64,000 bases of DNA from positions 144,028,001 to 144,092,000 of the forward strand of contig NC_086097.1 in NCBI RefSeq assembly GCF_963921235.1, written 5' to 3'. Of the stretch, positions 37,034-50,192 are shown one piece after another. Position 1 is the first letter of the stretch; every line of letters starts with the position of its first letter. The stretch comes from Mobula hypostoma. Its lineage: Eukaryota. Made by a program: the position numbers and the translations under genes. A model generated the notes under the pieces. It searched no databases. It saw only the letters and a program-made list of their open reading frames with translations, and was not told the DNA's origin.

Positions 37034-39383
37034 TCATAATATAAATATCCCATTAAGGGCCATTATGGGATCTATGCCCAAATGACTAATTCTGATGCCA
37101 TTGAATATTTAATAAGAAACCAACTGCAGAGCAATGCAAATGCATCCATTCACTTTCAAATCTCTGGTCTGGGACATTTATAATGCTGTCAAATACATCC
37201 TAAGATGCGCCGGGACACATCAGTGATGTAACCTGGAGTCATCAGATGTTTTGGGTCTTTCAACATCACTTTTTCCCCAGGTGATCCAGCCAGGGTTGCT
37301 AAAGCCCTGATTTGTATTATACGTAGCTTATGCTGTAGAGAAATTAGTAAGAAGAGAGGACTGTATTTTTCAGGGTAGAGGGACATAATGCAGAAATCAT
37401 AACCCAGTAACTGGCGGTAAGGGGGAAGAAAAGTCAAGAAAGCACAATTTTTGACAATGGCTCAGGTATGGCTTGAGCTAATGATGGATAGCTAAGCCCT
37501 TAGATTGTTAATGATCAGTGTGGGGTCCAGAGAGACATTGGTGCCCACCTTGAAACTGATCAGGGTCAATTGAGTTGAATCTTCAATATTCTCAATCAAT
37601 TACTCATCATCAATACCTATTGTTAACAAATATTAGGCCATAAAACATCTTGAAAAATAGGAGAGCAAGTTGTAAATGACACCTGGTCTACATCTTCACT
37701 TGTCCTTCAGCTGGCAAGCAGCCATTTGTTCAGTAAAAGTTTATATCAAATCCAATTTAAAATAAAACAGGAGATTTTAGTCAGATGCCTAATGGATATT
37801 TTAAGCCAGCTGAAAAAAGTTGGATGTTCTAGTCATTTGACAGGTGACTTTGTCAGTGTTCAAGATCACTGAGTCAAGGGAACAGCTAGCTACCACACTT
37901 ACCTGTATTGCTGTGAACCCTAGGAGCTGCACCATCAGTGCTAATTTAATTGTGGCCATTACAAAGGGGTCTCCCTGCTCTTATACGCCCCCTTCGTAGC
38001 AGAAGATCTGGTCTCTGAACTGCAGTGAGCAGTACCAATGTACAAGCCTTTGACTAAACCCTTTGATCCTATCAGCCAATAGGGGTTGTAAAACAGAACT
38101 TTGCCCACTAGAATTTTATTTCTTTTTACTTCACAATAGAATGCCAGCATCTTAACCACAAAGCTAATCTTAATAAGACTAGTGTCAAACATGGGTGGTC
38201 CGACTTGTGGCCCAATGCATTTATAACCAGCTCTCCATCTCCCAAATCTATATAGGTAATGTTTCAACCTACCTGTAATAAGTGAAACTAATCTACAGCA
38301 CTAATGGGGATATGTCCATTTCACCTCCAGTATTAAAGTCACCCTAAACTCAATTGTTCCACTGCAGTACATGTACAATCATTTTCTTTGTGCACATTCA
38401 GAAGCCAAGCTTTAAGGTCAACTTGTTCTCAGCAATAAATAAGAGTCTGTAGAGGTCATCTACCAACTGTCCCCTCAATACCTATTATCCATTGATAACA
38501 AAGGTTAACAATGATAATCTGGAAAACATCACTTCTCATGTCCCTCAGTGAAGAGAGATAGTGATGATGAAATATACTATTACCTTGAGTTTACCAGCAT
38601 AGTCTTTGACTGAATGAGTAAAAGTATGATTGAAAGTCAAAAACTCAAATCCCTCACAAAACTCATGGTTTTAGCATTGAAACCTGCAAATCTATACACT
38701 CCTGAAATTTAGATCATCTGTATCTGGTACCTGAAGCACTGGGGCATACCATCAATGCTATCTCCATGAAACCTTCAATCTACTGGAAGAAAAAACGTCA
38801 ACGTTCTCTCTCAGGCCAACACCCCAGCTCAGAAGCTGTAATTACACTCAGACAGCCTCATTTGTCATATAATGTTCAGCACATGACACCAGACTCTCAA
38901 AGTAAACACAAGACCTTAAGGCATGGGAGCAGAATTAGGCTACTTGGCCCAGAGCTTCGCCATGGGAAGAGACTGCCAGGTGGGCAGAAGGTTAAAAGGT
39001 GTACTCACGGCCTTCTTAAAAATTAAAATATTCCTAATAACTCCTAGGAATCTCTAGTCATTGACACCTTTGTACAAATGGAGCACTCAGAATTGTATTG
39101 AATATATCCAGTTCAAACTTTGGAAGCACATAGAAATCCAGTGTAAATGACAGAAGCACATTATTCAACATTCTAACAAAATATTGTTTCATTGGCCTCT
39201 GGCACGGTAAAGGCGGCAGGTACCACACTGGACTTATCAGTCACCTCAGAACCAGAATGGAGGCAAATCATCCTGGATCCTAAAGAGCTGCTGTCTAAGC
39301 ATGCAAAGTCTAAATTAATCTACTTAGATAAATCTTCTTTCAAATGAAAAGCCAGTGAACAAAGGTATTTTGTGGAATATTTA

Positions 39384-39587
<204 letters not shown>

Positions 39588-39744
39588 TTAATACCTTTAA
39601 CATTCAATCTTGATCAGCTGACAGCTCCAATTCCTTCAACAATGAAAACTTTTCCAATACGTCCTTACTCTTAACCTCTATTCATAAAAAAACAGCATTT
39701 GGTATCCTTCACTTAAACGATTTTCTCAACTTACTCCGCCATCA

Positions 39745-40072
39745 GTTGGGTGGTGGAATGGAGATAAGTCCCTACCAAAGAGATACAAGGTGCTGCTCCT
39801 CTCCACTAGCCTGCAGGTCACCCATTGGGCAAGGCATAGCACTTGCTTAGCCCCCTGATCAGGGTCACATTAAGCCATAAGAGCAGCTGGTGCATATCAC
39901 CAAATCCTGGGTATGCAAAGACTTACATTGGGCAGACAATCTCTGAAGAGTATTGATAATGCCTGGGGTCACCTATCTTGTAAAGACAGTGCCCAGAAGG
40001 TGGCCAATAGGCATGGTCATGAGACGATGATTGCTTACGTCATATGACATGGTATATAATGATGACGACGAC
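39745..40072 (+). mobile_element. RTE-clade-derived non-autonomous element (5'UTR-like part plus 3' end)
   Basis: Ends in CGTCATATGACATGGTATATAATGATGACGACGAC, resembling an RTE 3' end with a trinucleotide tail. Confidence 0.5.
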
Positions 40073-40759
40073 TATGCCATTACGACAAACCATGCTCCCA
40101 GATCTGTGTTCTTGTAACCATTTCATAAAAGTGTTTTCTCCTTTATCTAATCAAAATACAAATTAATTTTGCCATCATTTCACTAGCATAGCTATCCTTT
40201 GAGTTTTTTTAAAATCATTCTCTCAGTTCACCATGCCTCCAAACTTAGTGACATTTGTAAATTTGGAGATTGTGCTCCCTAAATCCTAGCTCAAGACTTC
40301 AGCTCGTACCAAGAAAAGCAGTAGACCAGCAAAATAAATGTCATGATCAAATACATTATGAGGCCCATGTATACCACACAGCCTGTTTTTCTTATTAACC
40401 CTAAAAAAACTATCAATTTGACTTTTAATCAAATTATGCTGGTCTTCTCTAATCAATTCAAGTTTGCTCAAATTAATGAAACTCCATCCCTTATATTTGG
40501 CTTTGGTATTTCTCCCAATGCCATTTTTATACTGTCTGCTCTGTAATAACCAAGCTCATCCCTTCAGTTTTAGAAACGTGGTGTAACACTGCAAATTTGA
40601 TAAGTGAAAGATTCCAACCTCAGCCTCCACTATTTTCTCCCAGGTTTCTCTTAAATGCTTGGACGATTTATACAGTAAGCATGTGGCCTTTTTTGTATGT
40701 CCTTTATATTAAATCCGTAGCCATCTCAACTCATCTTCCTATGCTGAAGATAGAGGATC

Positions 40760-42350
40760 TTCATCTGATACCAAATGCATATGCAGTACCTCAGTCCCTG
40801 AGAATAGTGAAAGACGCAGGCAAGGAGATTGCTGGGGTTTTGACAGATCTTTCTGAACTAACAAAAAGTGATGTCCCAGAGGACTAGAGACTAGCAAATG
40901 TGCCTTTGCGCCAAAAATGGGGACAATCCACGTAATTCTTAGCCAGTGAGCCTCACATCATGTGGTGAGTATATGAGGGATAGGATTTATGCACATTTGG
41001 AAAGACACAGCCTGTTTAGAAACAGTAAGCATGGGTTTTGAGGTGGTGACAAAGGAGTTTCATGAGGACAAGCGAGTGCATGTTACTTACATGGACTCTA
41101 GTGAGGCATCTGACAAAATCCCTTATGGTAGATTGACTTAGAAAAAAAAACACGCGGATCCAGGGCGAATTGCAAATTTAGATCGCGCACCAGATTGCCT
41201 GAGAGAAGACAGTAAGAGTGGAAGTTGTCTTTCCTCGCTGGAGGGCGTACTAGTGGCATTCCACAAGGATTAGTGATGGGACCTCTACATGTATCAATGA
41301 CTTGGATGAAAATGTAGTTGGGTGGATCAAGTTTGCAGTCTTGCAGATTAGTGGAGCTGTAGACAGTGTAAAGAACTTAATGTATCGATCTGTTACAGAT
41401 ATAAGCTGAGAAGTGGCAGATGGGGTTTAATCTAGGCAAGTGAGAGTTGTTGCACTTGGGAAGATCAAGTGAAAGGAGAATGTATACAGATAATCGTAGA
41501 GCTCTTCATAGAGGGATCCTGGGGTCTAAGTCTATAGTCCATTGAAAGTGGCTACACAAGTGGATTAGGGTGAATGGTGTGCTTGCCTTCATTAGTAGGA
41601 GTTGTAAGAAGTTGTGTTGTAGCTATATAAAACTTTAGACCACAACTCGAGTATTGGTTGCCCCATTATAGGAAGGATGTAGAGAGGGTGCAGAAGATGT
41701 CTAACCTACAAGGAGAAGTTGGTGTGCTTGCCTTCATTAGTAGGAGTTGTAAGAAGTTGTGTTGTAGCTATATAAAACTTTAGACCACAACTCGAGTATT
41801 GGTTGCCCCATTATAGGAAGGATGTAGAGAGGGTGCAGAAGACGTCTAACCTACAAGGAGAAGTTGGACAAACTTAGCTGCTCTCCCTAGAGTATCAGTG
41901 GCTGAGAAGAGACCTGATAGGTTTTCTTAAAAAATTATAAAATCATAAGAGGCAAAGATAGGGTAAATAATCCGAATCTTCCCCCACCCCACCCTGAGTA
42001 GAAATATGAAACACCAAAAGATCAAACTGATTCCACTGCAATCACTGTTAACCTTTTAAAGACACCTACCACCCTCACATCGCCTTTAAAAAGCACTCCC
42101 CAAAACACATTTCTAAGTTAGGGTGGGGGTGGAGTTTAAAAGTGGTATGAGGATAGTAGGTGTCTGCAACGGGTTACCAGTGATTGTAATAGAATCAGTT
42201 TGGTAGAGTTTGACGTTTTTCTAGGTTAACATTCAAATACGAAGGGAATGGGGTAATGTGGATGATACACAGGAGGATATTTAGTACAAATTGGCAAGAC
42301 GACACAATATTGAGAGATGAATTGCTTTCCCAGTAATGTACTGCTCTATG
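40760..42350 (+). mobile_element. Decayed CR1 LINE
   Basis: CR1 segments such as GCAGTACCTCAGTCCCTGAG, AGTGGCATTCCACAAGGA and AAGTGGCAGATGGGGTTTAAT. Confidence 0.7.
41576..41865 (+). repeat. Tandem duplication, 2 x 145 bp, 1 mismatch
   Basis: 41576-41720 equals 41721-41865 except one T/C; TGG microhomology at the junctions. Confidence 0.95.
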
Positions 42351-42657
42351 TTCCTACCTTTCGGCAACTCTTTTCCCTCTCTGCTGGGTATGGATAGTTT
42401 AAGTCCCTCACTGGATCAGTACGACCTTTGAACACCTTCAATTCTCCTTTATTGGTGGCTAGGGATACTCTTACAAATAATACTTCAAATAAAATCATAA
42501 AATGCTGGAAATACTGTAAATTTCAACCTTTCTACATATCCTGCATTATCTGGACATTTAGAGCACTGAGTTTTTAATTTTCATGTCCACCATGTGCAAC
42601 TTAAGTTACAACATCTCTATTATATCATGTCTCCATGTATTAAATTCTGACAACTCA

Positions 42658-42846
<189 letters not shown>

Positions 42847-44554
42847 TTATTTATCTGAAAGAAAATAACAAAACATGTCAGGCACCAAATGCAGAAAAAA
42901 AACTAATGGCACAAAATATTTGCAACAGCACTGTTTTCGGTGTAAATTAGAAAAAATCTGCTCCAGTAATCATATGCAGTGGAATGCAGCTACAATTGAA
43001 CATTCAGCCTGGCATACGGTATGGACACAGGCCCTTTAGCCCACTGACTGCACACCACCATTTAAAAAAAATTCACTCTTCCCTAATCCAATTTTATTTC
43101 CTGCCACATTCCAATTAACTTCTTCACCTAGACTCATCTACCAACCCAGACTCCCTTCAGGTGTTGGTCGATATTTCTTTTCAGGGTGACACCAAAGGTT
43201 TAATTCTCATTTTTATTGTTAGGGCACATGTACAGAAAGAACACGTGACTGCCCCTCTATTGAATTTCCTCCAGAAAGTTGATCTGGGTCACCCAAGACA
43301 AGTTAAAGCAGATCCTGCTGATAATGGGTCTCTCAAGATCTGCCTTTCTGAATTAGATCCAGTACAATTATACTTCTGTAAATGAACAAGGACTTTGAAT
43401 ATAATTCATTTGGACAATAAATCCAATGCTACTAGAGCACAACTAGTAAATTGTATTATTTAGGGACTACCTATAGTGTATGCTGGGGATGGGTTTAACC
43501 TGATACCAACTTCAGCCTGTCAGCAGAAATAAGAACCACATCAAGGAATACATTTCAAATGTGTGCACAAATAAACACCAGCAGTGCTCTAATCATGGCC
43601 GCAAGCCCCGATTACATTTCCTATTTGCTGTTTATTTCTCCTATTTGGATTTCACAGGTCTGATAGTTCAAAAAGGCCTCAAAGTTATTAGGGAGAAACA
43701 GCCAAAACTAGAAAGCTCATTAATTAAACAAAGCCAAGTCTTTAAAAATAAAACTGTTTACACTTAAATTTCAAAACATAATCACAGCAGCATGGTTTTG
43801 TCAGCTTCCAATGCAATCTCTACTGACACTTCCCGCATCTGCAGTTTCACATGTCTGCTAGAATTTAATTGTTTTTCTTTTGCATTGTTGCAGTTACATT
43901 CACCAGGCCAAAGCAGAGTATTCTTTTACTTCATTTATGCCTTAGGGATGGTGGAATGACTTTCAGGTGTCAGTCCCTTGTTTGCTCTTGCAGCCACAAT
44001 ACTTAAGTGGCTATTCCACTCAAGTTTCTGGTCAATGGTGACTTCCAACAACTCCTTCAGCATTGTTTGAACTGAGATGACTGATACACAACTAGAATCA
44101 TCTTTCTTTATGCAAGGTATGATGTTGCAGGGTCAGACCCCATAGGGTTCACTAAGAAAATTACAGCAACTTAACACCAAATATTGCTCACTTTTCACAT
44201 TTTTTCCATTATGATCTATACTGGCTCCTGCCCAAAACCTTAAATCGAGCCTCATCCCTAAAGCCTTTTGTGATCTCAATGGTCTCATTCCAAACTCCCA
44301 ACAAATTTGCAAATTCCAACCAAAGACACATAGTTCATGAAATTATATATTAGTGTTTTGTAAACCTTGCTTTTTACCCGATTCTGACAGATATGACTAC
44401 AGCTGGCTACACTCCAAACTCAATAATCCACCAAATGCACAAAACACAGCAAGCTTTTGCACACCCATCCTACTACACCCTTTAGAGTACTATATTCTGA
44501 AGCACTTTGGAACACTTGCTTTTATGCTTTAAAATGTGACAAAAAGCTTTACTT

Positions 44555-44850
44555 GTTACAAGTACATTGCAACATACACTGAAGCGCATCGTTAACATCG
44601 AAGACCAACAGTCCAGGATTTGATGGGGGCAGCCTGCAAGTGTGGCAATGTTTCCAGCACCAACACAACGTACCCACAACTTACTAACACTAACCTATAC
44701 GTCTTCGGAATGTGGGAGAAAACTGGAGCACCCAGAGGAAACCACGTGGTCAAGTAGAGAACGCACAAACGCCTTAAAGACAGTGGCAAGCATTGAACTG
44801 GGATCACTGTACTGCAAAGCGTTATGCCAACCACTGAGCTACCATGCAAC
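44555..44850 (-). mobile_element. tRNA-derived V-SINE (HE1-like)
   Basis: Minus strand GGTAGCTCAGTGG box A, GTTCAATG box B-like, V-domain-like GGTTTCCTCTGGGTGCTCCAGTTTTCTCCCACA. Confidence 0.7.
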
Positions 44851-46661
44851 GTCCTCCTTTGGTAAGCGTATACAAATGCAAGTTATTATCTTACTTCATG
44901 AACTTATTTGCCCAACAGTTATCACAATAACAGATCTATGGCCATGAGGAATTCACCCCAGTTCTCATGATGTAACTGAGAAAGACAAATTCTTATGTTA
45001 CATTGACAGGTGTTCTTTACAGTTCACATACTAAATATTACATGCTTCAATGACTATCTAGCAGAAACACAATACATCAATATAAAAGCCCATGGGATAG
45101 TATTTCCACGTCACCATTCGAACAAATCCTTTGGGTCCTCATAAAATATTCATTGATATCAAAATGTTTGCCTAATATTATGGTAAAGAGTGGGTTTAAT
45201 ACTGCACTATATTCCCCATAGTTTTGCTTCTGTAAATCTAAAGGCAGAGTAAACTTAATTTGGCCTATAATGCTTGTATGAGTTTGTAGTAATACACCTT
45301 CATGATAACTAATATATCTTCATCATGGAGAATGAGGTGATTTTAAGTGTCTTCAAATTTTGAGGAATTAATAAAGTGAAGCTTTTCAAATTGTTCATAT
45401 TCATGAGAAATAAAAAGATACATTTGAAACATGTATTCAATGAACTCTAGCTCTTCAAGATGAATGGCCTATTCACCAGCCCAATCAATTCATATTTATT
45501 AAAAAATTTGACATGCTCATTAATTTTTTTTTAACACTAGCAGGCCTCACTATAGACACTTTATCGAGGGGGGAAAGAGGAGGAAGAGGGGAAAACACAC
45601 ACACAGGAAGAACGTAACAGAATTACATGTTTGGATTCCTTGTTTCTACTCACTTAGTTTCGATAAGCTAACTCAATGCTTTAAGAACAGTTCTCCAGCA
45701 CCAAAGTTCAAAGTACATTTATTATCAAGCATGTATGCAGTATACAAGCCTGAGATTCATCTTCCCATAGACAGCCATGAAACAAAGTAACACCAGGGAA
45801 CCCATTCAAAGAAAACATCAAGTACCCATCACACAAAAAGAAAATTGCACAAATGGCTAAAACCAAGCAAAAAAACCCCCACAGAATATAATATTAAACC
45901 ACAGAGTCATCAAAACAGTCTAGAAATGTTTAGTTCAGTTTAATCTAGTGCTGTGTCATTCAATGACTGCAAGCTGGAGAGTCAATCTGCCCTGATCAAA
46001 AAAAGATCATACAAAATAACAAGAGCAAGCAGAGACACATAATAACATGAACTGCAAGTTCAAACCACATTGATTAAACCTTGCCCAAGACCCCAGCACC
46101 ATTGATTGACAGTGGGGGAGACAGAGAGGGGGACTGGTCAAACACAAATATCCACTTGCCTTCCACTCCTGCCCTTGTTAATTTCAATCTTACTTGATGC
46201 TTTAATCAGCGAGCTATGGAGTCAATCATGGACTCCAGGCTTCTCAACCTCCAGGCCTCACAATGCTTGAAACCTCATTGAACTTCCTTGGAGACTGCAA
46301 AGTGCCAGATCACTGAACTGGCCCAAAAACACACCATTGAAATAAATCACAGGTTCCAACAGTAGCAGAATCATGTTTGAAAGAAGTAAAAGTAAAATAA
46401 GCAGTCTCGTGAACTGCCTTTAGTTGCATTGTTTGCTAGTGCCATCTCCTTCAATGTCAGTTCTATATTCTTTGAAGAAAATATAAATGCACACATATTT
46501 TCTTCTGTAAGCAAGCTGGTTAACTGGGAGGTAACCACAGACATTTGTACCACAATTATCTATTTAACAAATGAAGCAGCTCTGGAGGGAAGTTCTTGCA
46601 GATTTCTCTCTCCCTTCTTTCCAAATTTAGGTATAATGAGCCAGGTACAGTAAAAAAAAAT

Positions 46662-46860
46662 TAGCCATGGTAGCATGGCAGTTAGCTCAAAGTTGTTACA
46701 ACTCGGGTCATCAGAGTTTGGAGTTCAATTTTAGTGCCATCTCTTAGGAGTTTATACGTTCTCCCTGTGACCACGTGGCTTCCTCTGGTTTCTTTCCACA
46801 GCCCAAAGATGTACTGGTTAGTAGGTTATTGTAAATTGTCCTGTCATTAGGCTAGGGCTT
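46662..46860 (+). mobile_element. V-SINE (HE1-like) fragment; related fragments at about 15540-15690, 30025-30230 and 55470-55620
   Basis: GGAGTTCAATT box B-like; GTTTATACGTTCTCCCTGTGACCACGTGG V-domain. Confidence 0.65.
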
Positions 46861-46869
46861 CAAAGGTAG

Positions 46870-47430
46870 TCATAGTCGAAGGGTGGTAGTGGGGACGAGC
46901 TCCCACTGCTAAACAAATGCTCTTCATGACGTGCGTCTCAAACAGCCTCTCACAACCAAGTCCAACTCCTGGCCTTCACGTGTGGCATAGTTCTTCTGCC
47001 CAGCGGAACTGTTCTCGCTGACAGGAGAAGGGGCAAAGGCAGGCCACTGGCGCCTTACAACCAGTTGCTCTGGCAGATGGGGTTCGTTAACCACGGATGG
47101 TAGCTCATCTTGGAGAGGGAAAACTCCGATTTCAAACCTCCACTGCCTTGCGGCTATACCCGCTCACGGGAAAGGCTTTGGGAGTAAACCCTGAGGAAAG
47201 ATCCAGAGTCGGAGTCCCGAAGGTGGCTGACTGCTGTACCCAGTACTGGCACGGCAACTCCTGCGATGCTGCTGGCATCAAACTGAATCGACTTTCGTCG
47301 TTCCTGTGGACCTGTCATCAGCATGCACTGCACGGGCAACAGACAGATCTCCATATCAATTCTGCCCTAGGCCACTCCCCAGTGACTACCAGAGGCACAG
47401 TATCCATGGTCGACCATGAGCGACAGAGGC
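46870..47430 (+). mobile_element. Non-LTR retroelement 5' region (Vingi/Ingi-like)
   Basis: GGAAAACTCCGATTTCAAACCTCCACTGCCTTGCGGCTATACCC segment; an inverted homolog is at 48880-49270; family assignment from memory. Confidence 0.5.
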
Positions 47431-48879
47431 CACACACAGGCCAAGGTCGAACAGGGGGGTTGCTGGGTGACATGGCTTGTTGGACTGGAAGGACCTGCTC
47501 CACACTATAGAAACAGTGCCTGTGGTGAGTGCAAAGATACAAGCAATAGCCACTAGCCCAGTTTAAGCACCAAAGAATTAATTCATGAATTCTGTAAGTT
47601 ATTGTCCCTGTTGGAATTACCAGCACAGCCAGAAGATGGGCCTGTGCAGAAGCAGTTGAATGACAAAATTTTAAGGGTGCTATAAAAGGTTTTTATGTTG
47701 TGAGGACAAGGGGATTTATGATTAGGAACATCAGCATGACTGCCCAGCTAAAGCAGGAAGAAGAATTCACATTCTCAGAGTGTGAAAAAAGCAACACTTA
47801 AATCTTATGGAAAAAGGGAGCAGGGTCTTAACGTCAGAATAGAAAGTGAAAAAACTTCTGTATTATAGCTGACCCCAGATTCTAAAACAAAGCAGCAAAA
47901 AGAGATAAATCAAAATGCTATTAGTGTATAAACAAATAAATTCAGATACAATAAAGGCTCAAAAATTGGGAAAATAAATGGTGTCCGTACAACATAGTTT
48001 CTAAAATAAGACTTCAGTTTCTATAGATAACTGACTTCAAGATCAAAATATTTTCAGGTGGGGCATTCATGGTACTGAAAAAGGCTAGGTTAAGACAAAA
48101 TCCATATTTATTGTGGTTAAGAAATAGAAAGTTAGTTTAACAGATTGGAAATGATCAGTATACACTAATTAATCTCAATACGAGAACAAAGTCAAAATTT
48201 AGTATTAAGCAAACCAATGGCACAGAAAAGTAGGTCCATTTTGGCATTTAGAAATTTTCAAACAAGTGGAAACAAAATAAAGATAACTTAAAAGCACTAA
48301 GTTGAAAAAATGCAATTTCTGAATAAAAACAAATTAAACATGAAGAGGAAGCAAAGATAATTGAGGAACAGTGACAATGCAAGGGAAATTGAAATAGAAA
48401 GTTTATCAATTAAGTATGAAGAAAATATAAACAGTGATACTTGCTCTTTTGAACCACTGAAGCAGAAGAACATGAATGCCTAACTGGAAAAAAAAGCACA
48501 AACCATCTTCAGAGAATATGGGTCATTGTTAGTGATTAGTCTTTAAATATATAAATAGTGAGACAAACTTCATTTGTAATTTAGCCACTCAATAACTGTG
48601 GATAGTCTTGGAAACTACAAGCAGAGATATCACAAACTGTGAATTAATGAAGATAACTTGTATGAAGTTTCATTTAATAGCTCAATAGTTTCATTATTTC
48701 CAACTGGAAATCAACTTAATGAGGGTGTTATCTAGAACTACAAAAGATTGCGCAATTTATTTGTACTTAACCATGTGATCTGGTTTTCTGGTTCATGTTT
48801 CCTTAACACAGAATCTAATTCCCATCCAGAAACCTTGCTAAGCTTTCAGATCTGAAAGCCAATTTGTTAAAGAAACTCA

Positions 48880-49270
48880 CTTGGAGGTGTGTTTATCATA
48901 GAGGCCCTCCATTGGTCAGGACTGACCATGGATGTTCCATCCAGCTGTCTATGGGATACGCAAACCAGGGCAGTATGATATGGAGAGCAAGCTGTTGCCC
49001 AAGCAGCTGGCTCCCTCTCTCCACACAGCTGATGAATCCAAAGGAATGGCACAGACTGATATAGTCTGGCACCAGCGTGTCACAGGAGTTGCCAGTCAGC
49101 GTTGAACTCAATGTAAGACTGCCTTAGGGACTCCAACTCTGGAATTTTCCATGGGGTTTACTCCCCCAAAGCCTTCCCCATGAGTGGTTATAGTTGCAAA
49201 GCAGTGGAGGTTTGAGATCAGAATTTTCCTTCTCCTAGATGAGTTGGCAATCACAGCCGGCCAATCCCAT
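48880..49270 (-). mobile_element. Second copy of the Vingi-like element, opposite orientation
   Basis: Reverse-complement homology to about 47070-47410. Confidence 0.6.
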
Positions 49271-50154
49271 CTGCCCCAGAATTCATCATACTTGCACTAA
49301 TATTTTCAGGCACACAAATATGCAATCACCCTCAGTGTTAATCATCAATGTAGTAGCCAATTCGAGTCACAGGTTCCAGTTTGGCAGAGAAACCAGCGAA
49401 AAATGTCTTGTACTCATTTCATCAGCAGTCTTGCTCAAAGGCAAGATGTACTAATTTACTTTGCATATTACCACATCTAGCAACTTCAGTCCAATCAGAA
49501 ATTACACTGATGAAAGGAGATATGAACAAAATCGATTAGTGGATATCTCAATAAGAGCTGATTAAAACCTCAACTCATTATCCGTGTTTTTTTGGGTTTT
49601 AGCATTGCCTAAGAAACTTGGGTGCATCTTCATTTTATTAAAACCAGCAGGTCAAAGCACATTTTGCTGAATGCCCTGGTGTTTGCAAAGCAGCAATATG
49701 CTTTATTTCTGAAGTATTAACTTGATTATAACAATAATGTACACAATGAATCAGAAACAGATTGGCAAATCAGAGCTGGTCAGATCAAAATGAGTAAACA
49801 TTGTACACCAGTCAGTGCTTGGTTCAATTTGCTTGGCTCACAGTTACGCATTTAAAACCAGAATCAGCATGAAATAGCTTAATCAACCTGATGCCAAAGA
49901 TTAAAGTATCTATTAGGAATATGAGACTATAGCAAGTGAGAGGCAATGAAGGCTGACAGCTTCAAGGTAAAATTTAATGCAAGCTTTTCAAACTGGCCAA
50001 ATTATTTCAAAAATAAACAAAAGTACTCTGAAAACAAATAACTAACCTCACTTTCAGTAGTCTGTATAAAGAACGGCTTCAGTTAAACTAAACTAAGTGC
50101 TTCAGTAGAAAACCATGACAGGCATGGGAAGCAACATGGCTTCTCTTTTTCCTC

Positions 50155-50192
50155 CAGTCCTGCTGAAGGGTCTTGGCCTGAAACGTCAACTG
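50155..50192 (+). ncRNA. Penelope-associated minimal hammerhead ribozyme motif, degenerate (CUGCUGA instead of CUGAUGA)
   Basis: CAGTC-CTGCTGA-AGGGTCTTGGCCT-GAAA-CGTC-AACTG. Confidence 0.65.

Noticed and set aside
44790..44850. tRNA gene
   Set aside because: The box A/B-like motifs belong to a SINE head; no cloverleaf.
46960..47050. HDV-like ribozyme at the 5' part of the Vingi-like element (CTCCTG/CAGGAG as P2, GCC/GGC as P3, CTGA as J4/2)
   Set aside because: I could not find a convincing P1 or P1.1 pairing by eye. It would need a descriptor search on the family consensus.
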